A stretch of DNA of 64,000 bases. Source: an uncultured Boseongicola sp. (GTDB taxonomy: Bacteria; Actinomycetota; Acidimicrobiia; Spongiisociales; ZC4RG35). The notes beneath the pieces are model-generated. The model was not told where the DNA came from and searched no databases. It worked only from the letters and a program-made list of their open reading frames with translations. The DNA lies in the NCBI GenBank assembly GCA_964194555.1, contig CAXMMT010000031.1:1338-65337 (forward strand). Reading direction: 5' to 3'. A program made the translations under genes and the position numbers. Positions 55,719 to 64,000 of the stretch are shown in pieces. The stretch's first letter is position 1. The number at the start of each line of letters is the position of its first letter.

Positions 55719-58147
55719 ACGTATCCGTTCTTCTCCAGCCACCTCATCGAGAAGAACCCGGCACCCGACGGGATGTAGAAGGTTGCCACTCTGTAGATGA
55801 CAGCGGCCGCAAAGGCAGTGGTCTCATCCACGCCAAAAACAACCAGGAACGCGGTCAACACTGCCTCTGAAACCCCAACGCCGCCTGGAATCGGAACCAG
55901 GCCTCCGAGAAGTCCAGTGGCCACCGTCGCAGTGAGCACCGACCAGATCCCGAGGGAGACATCGAGACTGAGCAGTATGAGCCACAAACTCAGGGCCAGG
56001 ACGAACCGGGAGCCAAAGTTGCTGGCGAGCAGTCCCAAGGTCCTCTTGGGATCCTTGAGAACATCGCGGAACGCACCCAGCGCCTCTCCGAGAATCGGCA
56101 ACACCCAATCTCGAAGCCGCTGCACCCTCCGGACGAGATACACGACCAGGAGAACAACTCCGATCAAGACCAGAAGAACCACACCCCACTCCGTCTCACC
56201 CGATGTGAGACCAAAGCTGACACTGCCCGATACGACTGCGAGAACCAGAATCACCACTTCCAACAGCAATCCTGAAAGAGTGTCTATCGACCCCTGCACC
56301 AGGGCCGACGTGAATGAAACCCCATACTTCCTGAGGAAAGCGGCGGTCATGGCGATTCGGCCCGCCGAACTGGGAACCGCGAGGGAGATGAACTTGATGG
56401 CCGATTGGAGAATCACCACCGGGCGAAGTGGGATCGGATAACCAACCGCAGCGAGCATGGCGGTTGCCTCGGGGAAGTAGACGAACTGCCCCACGATGAA
56501 AGCAACGACGATGAAAGCCCAATCCGCGTCTTGAACTTCTTCCCAGACGGCGACAAAGTCGATATCCGCCAACAGTGAGATCAAGAAGTAGACGGCAAAC
56601 AGGGACACCGCCATCATCGCCAGGTTCTTTCCCTGCACCCGTCGTATCTGCACCTGATCCTCGGTTTCCGAGGAGGTGACCCTGGCTACCTCGTCATACA
56701 CTTCACGCACGAACACCTTCGGCTTGGAGAGAGCTCGGCGTTCGGCGGCACTTACGCCTGGCATTTGTATGTAGGGGAGAGACGTGGACAGAACCTCATC
56801 TCCCAGACCCTGTCGCGCGCTCGCCACGACCCCCTCCACGCCGAACAATCGGGACATCGAAACAAGAAGCTCAACTATGTCGAGGGAGAGAGCAGACTCG
56901 GGACCGGCCACAACTCCGGCTCCAAAGTCACCGATCTGATGACCTTGGGGCGTGATCGTAATAGCTGAGCACCGGAGCGCCCCGTGGGAGATGCGGCCTT
57001 CGTGAAGCTGACGCACCGACCGCCAGATCGAGACGAGCTGATCTTGAGATATCTCCCCGGATTTCATTTCGGAGAGCCGGCGGCCCGACCTGTCGACGGC
57101 CAGGACAGCCATGTCGTCACCGCCCATTCCCGCTGCCAGCACTCGCGGCACGGAGGCTCCGGTCCGCTCGGCCATCAGGGTCACAAGCGCCTCGTGCTCC
57201 ACGCTTTGCATCCGAGTCAGCGCCAGGGACGGGGTGGTATCCCGGTACCAGAGATACCTCCAGGTACGAGCGAACAACTGTGAGTCGGTCGAGTCTCTTC
57301 CGTACGCTTTGACCTCCACACGACCGTGGGCGTCGCTGGCTCCAATAAGCCGCCTCACGCCCCAAGATTGATCGTCGTCCAACTCCAGGTCGAAAATATC
57401 CACACCCAGCCCACGCAACGCCGACGCGATCGAGCCGGTGTCAGGGAATCCACGGGGAGATCCGAAGATCAACAACACGATGGCCGAGGCACCTGCCCCA
57501 AGACCAAAGGCACCAAATGCGCTACTCGGGAGACCGAGTCCGAGGCCAACGCCTGCTGCACCAACAGCCAGTATCACGCCCCATCCGAGTCGACGCATGG
57601 GTCTGGTGAGATGGGGAGCCACCACGAGCAGCATCGCGGTAACGACGGCCACCCGGAAGATCGGGAACTGGGAGATGGGCTCGGCAAGTCCGAGTTCGGG
57701 AAGAAACCGTGGCCAACTCCCGCTTATCAGCCGAACCAGGGTTGTCGCCAGTGCTGCAACTGTGAAGGTGACCAGGACCATGTCCCGAGCGGCATCCAGC
57801 CTGTGCTTCCATTGAACCAGCACGACCAGGAAAATCCCGACGACGTAAAAGAACCCTGCGGTGTACACAACCGAGATAGTCCCGGCGAGCCAATCCGGGA
57901 CGGCTCCGACAACCTCCGACACGGTGGCCTCGACATCAGCGACTTTGAGATACGACCGCCATGACCACAGGAAGAGCAGGACTCCCAAAGCCAAACCGGT
58001 GGCATCGGCGGCTCGACGCACCCGAGGCTGCTCGGTCGCGGGGATGAGGTACCTGCTGCGAGTGACAGCTACTCCTCTCCGTTGAGGTTTTCGTTGAGCC
58101 AAGCGGTCGCCTCCTCGTGGGCGCGGACCACCGTCGACCCGACCCAT
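55715..58147 (-). CDS. membrane protein: N-terminal TM block, cytoplasmic kinase-like (probably inactive) domain and C-terminal LPG-synthase-TM/flippase-like (UPF0104) domain
   Basis: The C-terminal 330 aa resemble the MprF-type TM domain family. The central region has ...LHEGRISHGALRCSAITITPQGHQIGDFGAG, i.e. HG-A-L where PKL kinases have HGDL, with DFG retained. The start is uncertain: 58147 overlaps SulP, and the GTG at 58021 is an alternative. Confidence 0.65.
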   Translation of the reverse strand: MGRVDGGPRPRGGDRLAQRKPQRRGVAVTRSRYLIPATEQPRVRRAADATGLALGVLLFLWSWRSYLKVADVEATVSEVVGAVPDWLAGTISVVYTAGFFYVVGIFLVVLVQWKHRLDAARDMVLVTFTVAALATTLVRLISGSWPRFLPELGLAEPISQFPIFRVAVVTAMLLVVAPHLTRPMRRLGWGVILAVGAAGVGLGLGLPSSAFGAFGLGAGASAIVLLIFGSPRGFPDTGSIASALRGLGVDIFDLELDDDQSWGVRRLIGASDAHGRVEVKAYGRDSTDSQLFARTWRYLWYRDTTPSLALTRMQSVEHEALVTLMAERTGASVPRVLAAGMGGDDMAVLAVDRSGRRLSEMKSGEISQDQLVSIWRSVRQLHEGRISHGALRCSAITITPQGHQIGDFGAGVVAGPESALSLDIVELLVSMSRLFGVEGVVASARQGLGDEVLSTSLPYIQMPGVSAAERRALSKPKVFVREVYDEVARVTSSETEDQVQIRRVQGKNLAMMAVSLFAVYFLISLLADIDFVAVWEEVQDADWAFIVVAFIVGQFVYFPEATAMLAAVGYPIPLRPVVILQSAIKFISLAVPSSAGRIAMTAAFLRKYGVSFTSALVQGSIDTLSGLLLEVVILVLAVVSGSVSFGLTSGETEWGVVLLVLIGVVLLVVYLVRRVQRLRDWVLPILGEALGAFRDVLKDPKRTLGLLASNFGSRFVLALSLWLILLSLDVSLGIWSVLTATVATGLLGGLVPIPGGVGVSEAVLTAFLVVFGVDETTAFAAAVIYRVATFYIPSGAGFFSMRWLEKNGYV

Positions 58148-59751
58148 TCATCCGAGGTGTATATGTTCTCCGACCCCAGCAAGCCCGCCACACCTGTCGC
58201 TATCAACTGGTCGTGAACACGCTCGTCGGCATAGATGAGCGCCAATTTGCTGTCGACCTCCAGCAGGGAACTGGCGTATCGGCTGAGAACGTCCATGAAT
58301 GTGGAGCCCAGATCTGACTTGCCACGCAGCCGGACTATAACCACAGAGTTCCTCGAAGAACCGGTAACGGCTGGCATCTCCTCTTCGAAAACGGGCGCCG
58401 ACGCGAAGAAAAGACTGCCGTAAGGCTGCAGAACAATGACCTCGTTGGGCCCAACTTCCGCTGGTGCGTCAACTTCGCGAATGCGGCCGTTCTCCTTGAC
58501 GATCCAGCGTCTAACGGAGATTCGATTCGACTGCTTGATCACGAAGAGGATCAATGAGATTCCGATGCCCACCAGTACCGCGTTCTGGAGAGGGATGATC
58601 ATGGTGAGGACAAAGGTGACGGACATGACCACCGCCTGAGTGTTACCCGTGCGCCACACAGCTTTGATGTCGCCCGGCTTCACCGTTCGATAGCCGACGA
58701 TCATCAAGAGGCCGGCCAACGCAGGCATCGCGATGTAGCCAACGGCGTCGCCGAGCAACAGGATGGATACGGCCATCACCGCTCCCGCGATCACCATCGC
58801 GGCCTTCGAACGAGCGCCCGCCTCTTTCACCAGCGAACTCGCCGACATCGACCCGCCAACTGGCATGCCCTGGAATATTCCCGCGGCCACGTTGGCAGCA
58901 CCCTGCCCCACAAAGTCCTGGCTGGCATCGGGAAACTCGCCGTCCGGATTTGGGAAACTCGCCGATATACCCGCCCCCTGCACAAGGCCCACAAAGGCCA
59001 GGGCGGCAGCAGGAAGCAGCAACCCGGGAATCAGCCTCAGATCGGGCCACATCGGAAGGGGCAGGGATCCTGGGATTTCGGTGATGTCACGAAGTTGCTG
59101 GACATCCCAACCAACAAGCGGCACCACTATCGACGTAACGATGATCGCCGCCACCATCCCCAGCGTGCCGAGACGTGTCTTCTCGAAGACGATGATCAGG
59201 ACGATGGTGGTGGCGCCAATCAACATCGAAGGCCAATGGGCCTGACCAAGGTTGAATAGGAGGTCGAAGGCCCTGACCACACGGTTGGCGCCTTCGGCCT
59301 CGTAGCCGCTGAAGTTGTCCAACTGACCGAGCACGATGTTGATACCCACCGCGTTGATGAATCCGACCATCACCGAGTTGGACACCCAGCGGAGTAACGA
59401 GCCAAGCTTGAAGAGTCCCGCAGCGAGCATGACAGCACCAGTAACCACGGCAAGGGTGAACAAGGCCCGCTCGGGATCTTCGCCTCCGTGAACGGCGGGC
59501 ACATCGGCAACGATGATCGCCATCGCCCCGGTGGCCTGTACCGCCATGAATGTGGCGCTGGTGAAAAATGCCCCAGTCACGGTCCCAACCATGTAGCCGT
59601 ACAACCCGAACACCGGGTTCACCCCGGCGAGAAGCCCACCGGCGAGACCATCGGGCACACTCACCACACCCAGCGCCAGACCCGCAACGGCGTCCTCGCG
59701 CAACGTCTCCCGGTTGAAGAGCGAGCGAGTCCAGAGTTTGAGTCGGTCCAT
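58069..59751 (-). CDS. SulP-family anion transporter with C-terminal STAS domain
   Basis: LREDAVAGLALGVVSVPDGLAGGLLAGVNPVFGLY. 560 aa. Confidence 0.9.
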   Translation of the reverse strand: MDRLKLWTRSLFNRETLREDAVAGLALGVVSVPDGLAGGLLAGVNPVFGLYGYMVGTVTGAFFTSATFMAVQATGAMAIIVADVPAVHGGEDPERALFTLAVVTGAVMLAAGLFKLGSLLRWVSNSVMVGFINAVGINIVLGQLDNFSGYEAEGANRVVRAFDLLFNLGQAHWPSMLIGATTIVLIIVFEKTRLGTLGMVAAIIVTSIVVPLVGWDVQQLRDITEIPGSLPLPMWPDLRLIPGLLLPAAALAFVGLVQGAGISASFPNPDGEFPDASQDFVGQGAANVAAGIFQGMPVGGSMSASSLVKEAGARSKAAMVIAGAVMAVSILLLGDAVGYIAMPALAGLLMIVGYRTVKPGDIKAVWRTGNTQAVVMSVTFVLTMIIPLQNAVLVGIGISLILFVIKQSNRISVRRWIVKENGRIREVDAPAEVGPNEVIVLQPYGSLFFASAPVFEEEMPAVTGSSRNSVVIVRLRGKSDLGSTFMDVLSRYASSLLEVDSKLALIYADERVHDQLIATGVAGLLGSENIYTSDEWVGSTVVRAHEEATAWLNENLNGEE

Positions 59752-59868
59752 GGGAGCGAGGTGACTCTAGGAGCTTCCGAAGCAGGGAGCAGAAGTCATA
59801 CGGCCGGGACCAGCTATCTCATCTCATGGGTTGTCTCGAACCGTCAGCAGACAGCTGACACAGCCGGA

Positions 59869-60369
59869 CTATCTGCTCGAAGCACCCAGCGCAATCAATG
59901 CTTCGGGGCTCAAGAAGTCTTGTGCAATGAGAATGCCACCCGAGTCACGCATAGCGTTGCGGAATCCGATCGCCCAGACATGCTCGACAACAAGCATCAT
60001 CGCCGCTCCCCCGGCGGGAATGTCGTCAGCAATCGATGAGAGTGACTCCTCGTCGAGTCCGTACTCATACTCGTCGAGGGCCGAAATGGCACCAGCCACA
60101 GCTCCGAGCTCGGCTCCTTCGACGCCGCCGGCACCAAGCCCGATCAGGCCGCCGACCCATGCTCCGTAGACCATGGCTTCGTCAGCAGTCAGGTCAGACA
60201 TCTCGGCGGCGAGAATGTCCCCGCTCTCGTCCTTGTAGACACCCAGCATGTCCACAACCCTGATGGCGCCCGACTCACTTGCCGCGACCAGCTCGGAGAG
60301 GATGCTGCCATCTAGCTGAGGGTCGGTGAACCCGACGACAAACATCTGGAGGGGTCCGATTTCTTCCAC
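59869..60369 (-). CDS. hypothetical protein with a glycine-zipper centre (DUF6325/DUF1269-like pattern)
   Basis: GPLQMFVVGF....DGSILSELVAASESGAIRVVDMLGVYKDESGD, then WVGGLIGLGAGGVEGAELGAVAGA. GTG start 6 nt after GGAG. Confidence 0.5.
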   Translation of the reverse strand: MEEIGPLQMFVVGFTDPQLDGSILSELVAASESGAIRVVDMLGVYKDESGDILAAEMSDLTADEAMVYGAWVGGLIGLGAGGVEGAELGAVAGAISALDEYEYGLDEESLSSIADDIPAGGAAMMLVVEHVWAIGFRNAMRDSGGILIAQDFLSPEALIALGASSR

Positions 60370-60442
60370 TTCTAACTCCTATCGATAGGTGGTGACGTTT
60401 TAGCAGTTCGCCATCAAACGGAACAATCCAGCGTCAGGTCTT

Positions 60443-63352
60443 CTACGGCAGAGGCACCAACCTCACCTCGATCCGCTGATTCGGGTTGAACGCGATCCTG
60501 GCCAGGATCCTGACGTCGGTCGCCGTAAGCTCATCTATCAACTGGTAACGCTCTCGGAGCTCGGCCACCGGCTGATCGGGATAGAGATAGTTGGTGATGA
60601 GCGCGTCGGCGATGACGGGGTTGCCCAGCAGGTCGAGCTCGGTCCGCAACTGCTCCAGGGCAGTCGAAAATTGCGTCTCGGTAGGCCCGTTCTCGAGCAG
60701 ATCGGCAAGGTCGGCGATCACCTCTTCCGATATGCGGCCAAGGTCGTCGGGATCGCCGGTGGCGCTGACAAACGCCTCGGCGAACGGATCAGGATCCCGT
60801 TGAAGATCAACGCCTGCGAATATCGAGTAGGAGGCTGACAGATCTTCTCGTACGCGATTTCGCAGTCGATTGTTGACAATCAACTCCAGGAGACGGGCCG
60901 TGAGCCGGTCCTTATGGGACGGTTCGAACGGGTTGGTGAACGACATTGCGAGACGACCCTGAGGGTCCTGACCTGCTTCGACTGTCGATACCTGCACCTC
61001 CCGAGGTGGTAGGGGCTGGTTATCAACCCAACGTTCACGATCCGGGGTCCCCGGGAGGGTTCCGATGTACCGGGCAGCCAGGTCCGTCATCTCGTCGATG
61101 TCGAAGTCTCCGACAAAGGCAAAGGCGAAATCCCCGGCGTTGGCAAAGCGCTCGCGGTAAACAGCCTCGGCAATGTCGACGTCGAAATCGGCAAGTTGGT
61201 CGGTGGTCGGTATCACGAAATATCGGGGATCATCGCCGTAGTACCCCCGGTCGAGTGCCTCTTGAAAAACGACCCCGGGAAGATCCTCTCGCGATGCATT
61301 CAGAGTGGCCATCTCGTCGAGCACCGCCATGACGGCAACGTCATCGACGCGAGGCGCCGTCACGTACAGATGAGTCAGTTGGAAGAGGACCTCAACATCG
61401 CCGACTCCCGCACTGCCGGTGAGCCCTTCCCGGGTCTCTGAAATCCATGGGAACACTTCCACGATCCTGTCTGCCAACAGCCGCTGCAGTGTTGGCACAT
61501 CGGCCGGTCCGACACCGCTCCTGGCAATGATGCCCGTGATCAAGAAGATCTCGGGAAGATCCTCTACGGCAATTTGGGAGGTTCCTCCGAAGCTCTCAGC
61601 CGACATGAACACCGTCTCCTCGGCAATCTCGCTCTGCCAGAGAAAGACCGTCGCACCGTTCTCGAACCTCAGTGTCGTGTAGCCAAAGGAACTGTCCACC
61701 TCGCGAGAGATCAGCGGAGCGGCATCCGGAGCCGCCATGAGAACGTCGACGTCAGAGTCGGTGTCCTCCCTGGTCACGATCTCTGCTGATGCAACTTCGT
61801 CGATGATCCCGAGAATGCGCTCTGAGTCGGGAACAACCGAGTCGGAGTCGTCGGGACCCACCGCCAAAATGACCGGTGCTGTCTCTACATTCGAGTTCAG
61901 CGCTTCTTCGAGATCCGCTTTGGTCAGACGGTCGAGCACTCCAGACTCGACACGAAACCTCTGCTCGGGGCTCATCAGGTGACCGCCGGCGAGGTGATAC
62001 GCCACTATCTGGTCGGCATAGGCTGCATCCTGTCTCGACTCCTGCTGCTCATGCAACTGTCCCGATGCTGCGACGAATCGAGTCACCGCTCGGTCGAATT
62101 CGGTGTCAGTGAAACCAAACTCGTCGAGCCGCTCAACCTCCACCAAGATCAGCCTGAGAGCCTCTTCGAGATCTGGCGGTCTCGCTTGGGCGTCGATTCC
62201 CTCCAGCCGAATCGCTCGCCCGTAGTTCAACTCCACCGCAGACGACCCGAGCAGGGGAGCGTCTCCCTTCAGGGCATCGTCGTTGAGTCGGTTTGCCAGG
62301 AGCCCCAGGGCCATGGATAGCGCCACCGAAGATTGATACTGGCCCACGGTCTTCAGCCTCGAAGACTCGCTTGGCCAGAGGACCGTCACCGAGGCACTGG
62401 CTGCCTCGTGGTCCGCCAAGCCCGAGGCTCGGGTTTCCATTGGAGGCTGATAGGCCCCTGGAACGTAGGGCCTCGGGTTTACCGGGGCCCCGAGGTCGGC
62501 AAAGGCCGACCGGATGCGATCCTCCATCTGGTCAACGTCGAAGTCGCCAACGGCCACCACTGCCATCAAGTCGGGTCGATACCAGTCGTCGTAGAAGCGT
62601 CGAAGCTGCTCTGGAGTGGTTGACTCAATCGATTCAGCGGTTCCGATCGGCAGCTTGCCCTCATAGTCGGTGCCCGGAAGCACCAGTTGTTGAAAGGCCT
62701 CTCCGACCCGACCGCCGTACCCCTGCGCCCTCAGCCTCCACTCGTCGACGACTATTCCTCTCTCTTCGACAACATCTGTCTCGGTGAGGGTTGCCTCACC
62801 AGCCCATTCCCGCAGCACATCGATTCCGAGGGCGATCAACTCGTCGTCTGCAGACAACGAGAGCTCGTAGACCGTCTCGTCGAATGACGTGTGGGCGTTG
62901 ATATCGGGCCCGAACCGGGGGCCAAACGACTCAAGGACGGCGATCAGCTCATTTCGGGGGAACCGCTCGGTCCCGTTGAACATCATGTGCTCGAGGAAGT
63001 GGGCGGAACCGGCCTGATCGTCATCCTCTTGTAGCGAGCCAACGTTGACCAGAAGTTTCAGCTCGACCCTCTCGCCAGGAGAATCGTTGAACCGGATGTA
63101 ATAGGTCAGATCATTGTCGAGGGTTCCTATCCGCACGTCTGGATCGATGGGCAGTGCCTCCGCCAACGCCGGGTTCAGGGTTGCAACGGTGGTACCCGCC
63201 GATGTCGAAGAACCTGGGTTGGGAAGAGTGGTGGTGCTGGGTACGGTCGAGCCCGTGCACGCGGACAGAACCACTGCGAACAGGACGACTATCGATCCTC
63301 TCAGTTTGATCCTCGAATTACACTCCATGAGTGGAGTTTGACCATACGACAA
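60443..63352 (-). CDS. M16 (pitrilysin/insulinase) family zinc metallopeptidase lipoprotein, double-unit
   Basis: Inverted zinc motif HFLEHMMFNGT. Lipobox VLSAC. 969 aa, equal to two M16 active/inactive pairs. Confidence 0.9.
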   Translation of the reverse strand: MSYGQTPLMECNSRIKLRGSIVVLFAVVLSACTGSTVPSTTTLPNPGSSTSAGTTVATLNPALAEALPIDPDVRIGTLDNDLTYYIRFNDSPGERVELKLLVNVGSLQEDDDQAGSAHFLEHMMFNGTERFPRNELIAVLESFGPRFGPDINAHTSFDETVYELSLSADDELIALGIDVLREWAGEATLTETDVVEERGIVVDEWRLRAQGYGGRVGEAFQQLVLPGTDYEGKLPIGTAESIESTTPEQLRRFYDDWYRPDLMAVVAVGDFDVDQMEDRIRSAFADLGAPVNPRPYVPGAYQPPMETRASGLADHEAASASVTVLWPSESSRLKTVGQYQSSVALSMALGLLANRLNDDALKGDAPLLGSSAVELNYGRAIRLEGIDAQARPPDLEEALRLILVEVERLDEFGFTDTEFDRAVTRFVAASGQLHEQQESRQDAAYADQIVAYHLAGGHLMSPEQRFRVESGVLDRLTKADLEEALNSNVETAPVILAVGPDDSDSVVPDSERILGIIDEVASAEIVTREDTDSDVDVLMAAPDAAPLISREVDSSFGYTTLRFENGATVFLWQSEIAEETVFMSAESFGGTSQIAVEDLPEIFLITGIIARSGVGPADVPTLQRLLADRIVEVFPWISETREGLTGSAGVGDVEVLFQLTHLYVTAPRVDDVAVMAVLDEMATLNASREDLPGVVFQEALDRGYYGDDPRYFVIPTTDQLADFDVDIAEAVYRERFANAGDFAFAFVGDFDIDEMTDLAARYIGTLPGTPDRERWVDNQPLPPREVQVSTVEAGQDPQGRLAMSFTNPFEPSHKDRLTARLLELIVNNRLRNRVREDLSASYSIFAGVDLQRDPDPFAEAFVSATGDPDDLGRISEEVIADLADLLENGPTETQFSTALEQLRTELDLLGNPVIADALITNYLYPDQPVAELRERYQLIDELTATDVRILARIAFNPNQRIEVRLVPLP

Positions 63353-63439
63353 TCAACGCTCGAATCGATTGGACTCCTTGTGGTGTGTCGCTCGTTTAGT
63401 TGGTCCGCGATGTATTTGATTTGTCGAAAGGAGAGGTGA

Positions 63440-64000
63440 TGAGCCTCGGAATTGGATTGTTTGGCGCCCAGTTACGACCCGGGGAGACCGACTGGTCTCG
63501 CGCCTATGAAGAGACTGTCAAGTTGGCAGTGGAGGCCGAGGGACTTGGCCTCAGTTCGGTCTGGACGACGGAGCACCACTTCGTGGACGACGGATACATG
63601 CCCTCTCTCGCGGTGGTCAGTGGAGCGATAGCTGCTGCCACCTCCAAGATCGAGATAGGCACAGGTGTGATCCTCGCTCCGTTACATCATCCTCTGCGTC
63701 TTGCCGAGGACGCAGCCACGGTGAGCCTGTTGAGCGGCGGCCGTTTCACCCTGGGTCTGGGACTCGGCTGGAGCGAGACAGAATTCGCCGGCCTCGGGGC
63801 GAATCCGAGAACCCGGGGCGCGGCCATGGAGGAGATCCTGTCCATCCTTCCCAAAGCGTGGTCTGGAGAGCCGTTTCGTCATCGGGGGAAGATCTACGAC
63901 CTTCCGGAACTGGCGGTTCGTCCGGTTCCCTCGAAGCCCATTCAGGTATTGATTGGCGGAGGGGCCGAGGCGGCGATCCGCCGGGCTGCCCGTCTGGCCG
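63440..64000 (+). CDS. LLM-class (luciferase-like) flavin/F420-dependent oxidoreductase; 3' end runs off the window
   Basis: Manual translation: [19 protein letters not shown]...[19 protein letters not shown]......[11 protein letters not shown]. The ATG at 63440 follows AAGGAGAGG. Confidence 0.8.

Noticed and set aside
1-64000. CRISPR arrays, rRNA genes, intact IS elements or transposases, prophage structural genes
   Set aside because: No regularly spaced repeats were seen on reading through, and no rRNA-like conserved stretches. No transposase, terminase or capsid-like translations appear in any frame of the ORF track.

Overview
High-GC (roughly 60-65%) actinobacterial-type chromosomal window. 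It is densely coding, and many gene junctions overlap by 1-4 nt (ATGA, GTGA, TTGA, TAATG). My guess is an Acidimicrobiia-like or marine actinobacterium, but that cannot be confirmed from sequence alone. All family names come from motifs I could read in the translations; no database search was run. Core genes: tRNA-Pro(CGG) beside a decayed integrase, ask-asd, cyclophilin, PHP phosphoesterase, murJ, mce plus thiolase plus glpX, a TRAP transporter, and recR-ybaB-dnaX. There are two ABC exporter pairs. A phosphate-scavenging block at 19.3-26.9 kb holds a Na/Pi symporter, PhoU-like protein, 5'-nucleotidase, phnDCE and a dGTPase-like HD protein. The rest of the core set is a SipW-type signal peptidase, enoyl-CoA hydratase, arylsulfatase, fabH, SulP, an M16 peptidase and an LLM oxidoreductase. 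The most interesting part is an accessory block at about 30.8-43.5 kb. It contains vapBC and a sigma-less partner-switching operon (partial GAF, PP2C and RsbW-like kinase fused in one protein, plus two STAS proteins). It also contains an SRPBCC protein, two tandem tail-anchored coiled-coil paralogs, a SARP(BTAD)-AAA-TPR regulator, two tandem kinase-less sensor-like membrane paralogs and a PLDc_N-SHOCT protein. Five promoters in this block share one architecture: (C)TCGTAACG-N5-G(G/T)(A/T)A(C/T/G)(C/G)-N9-nAnAAn. That is a direct repeat at 11-bp periodicity ending 8-9 bp upstream of a -10-like hexamer, which is the classical layout of SARP-dependent promoters. I propose a previously undescribed local SARP regulon that couples the partner-switching module to these membrane proteins. 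No rRNA, CRISPR array or intact mobile element was seen. The many long antisense ORFs in the track are GC-driven shadow ORFs.
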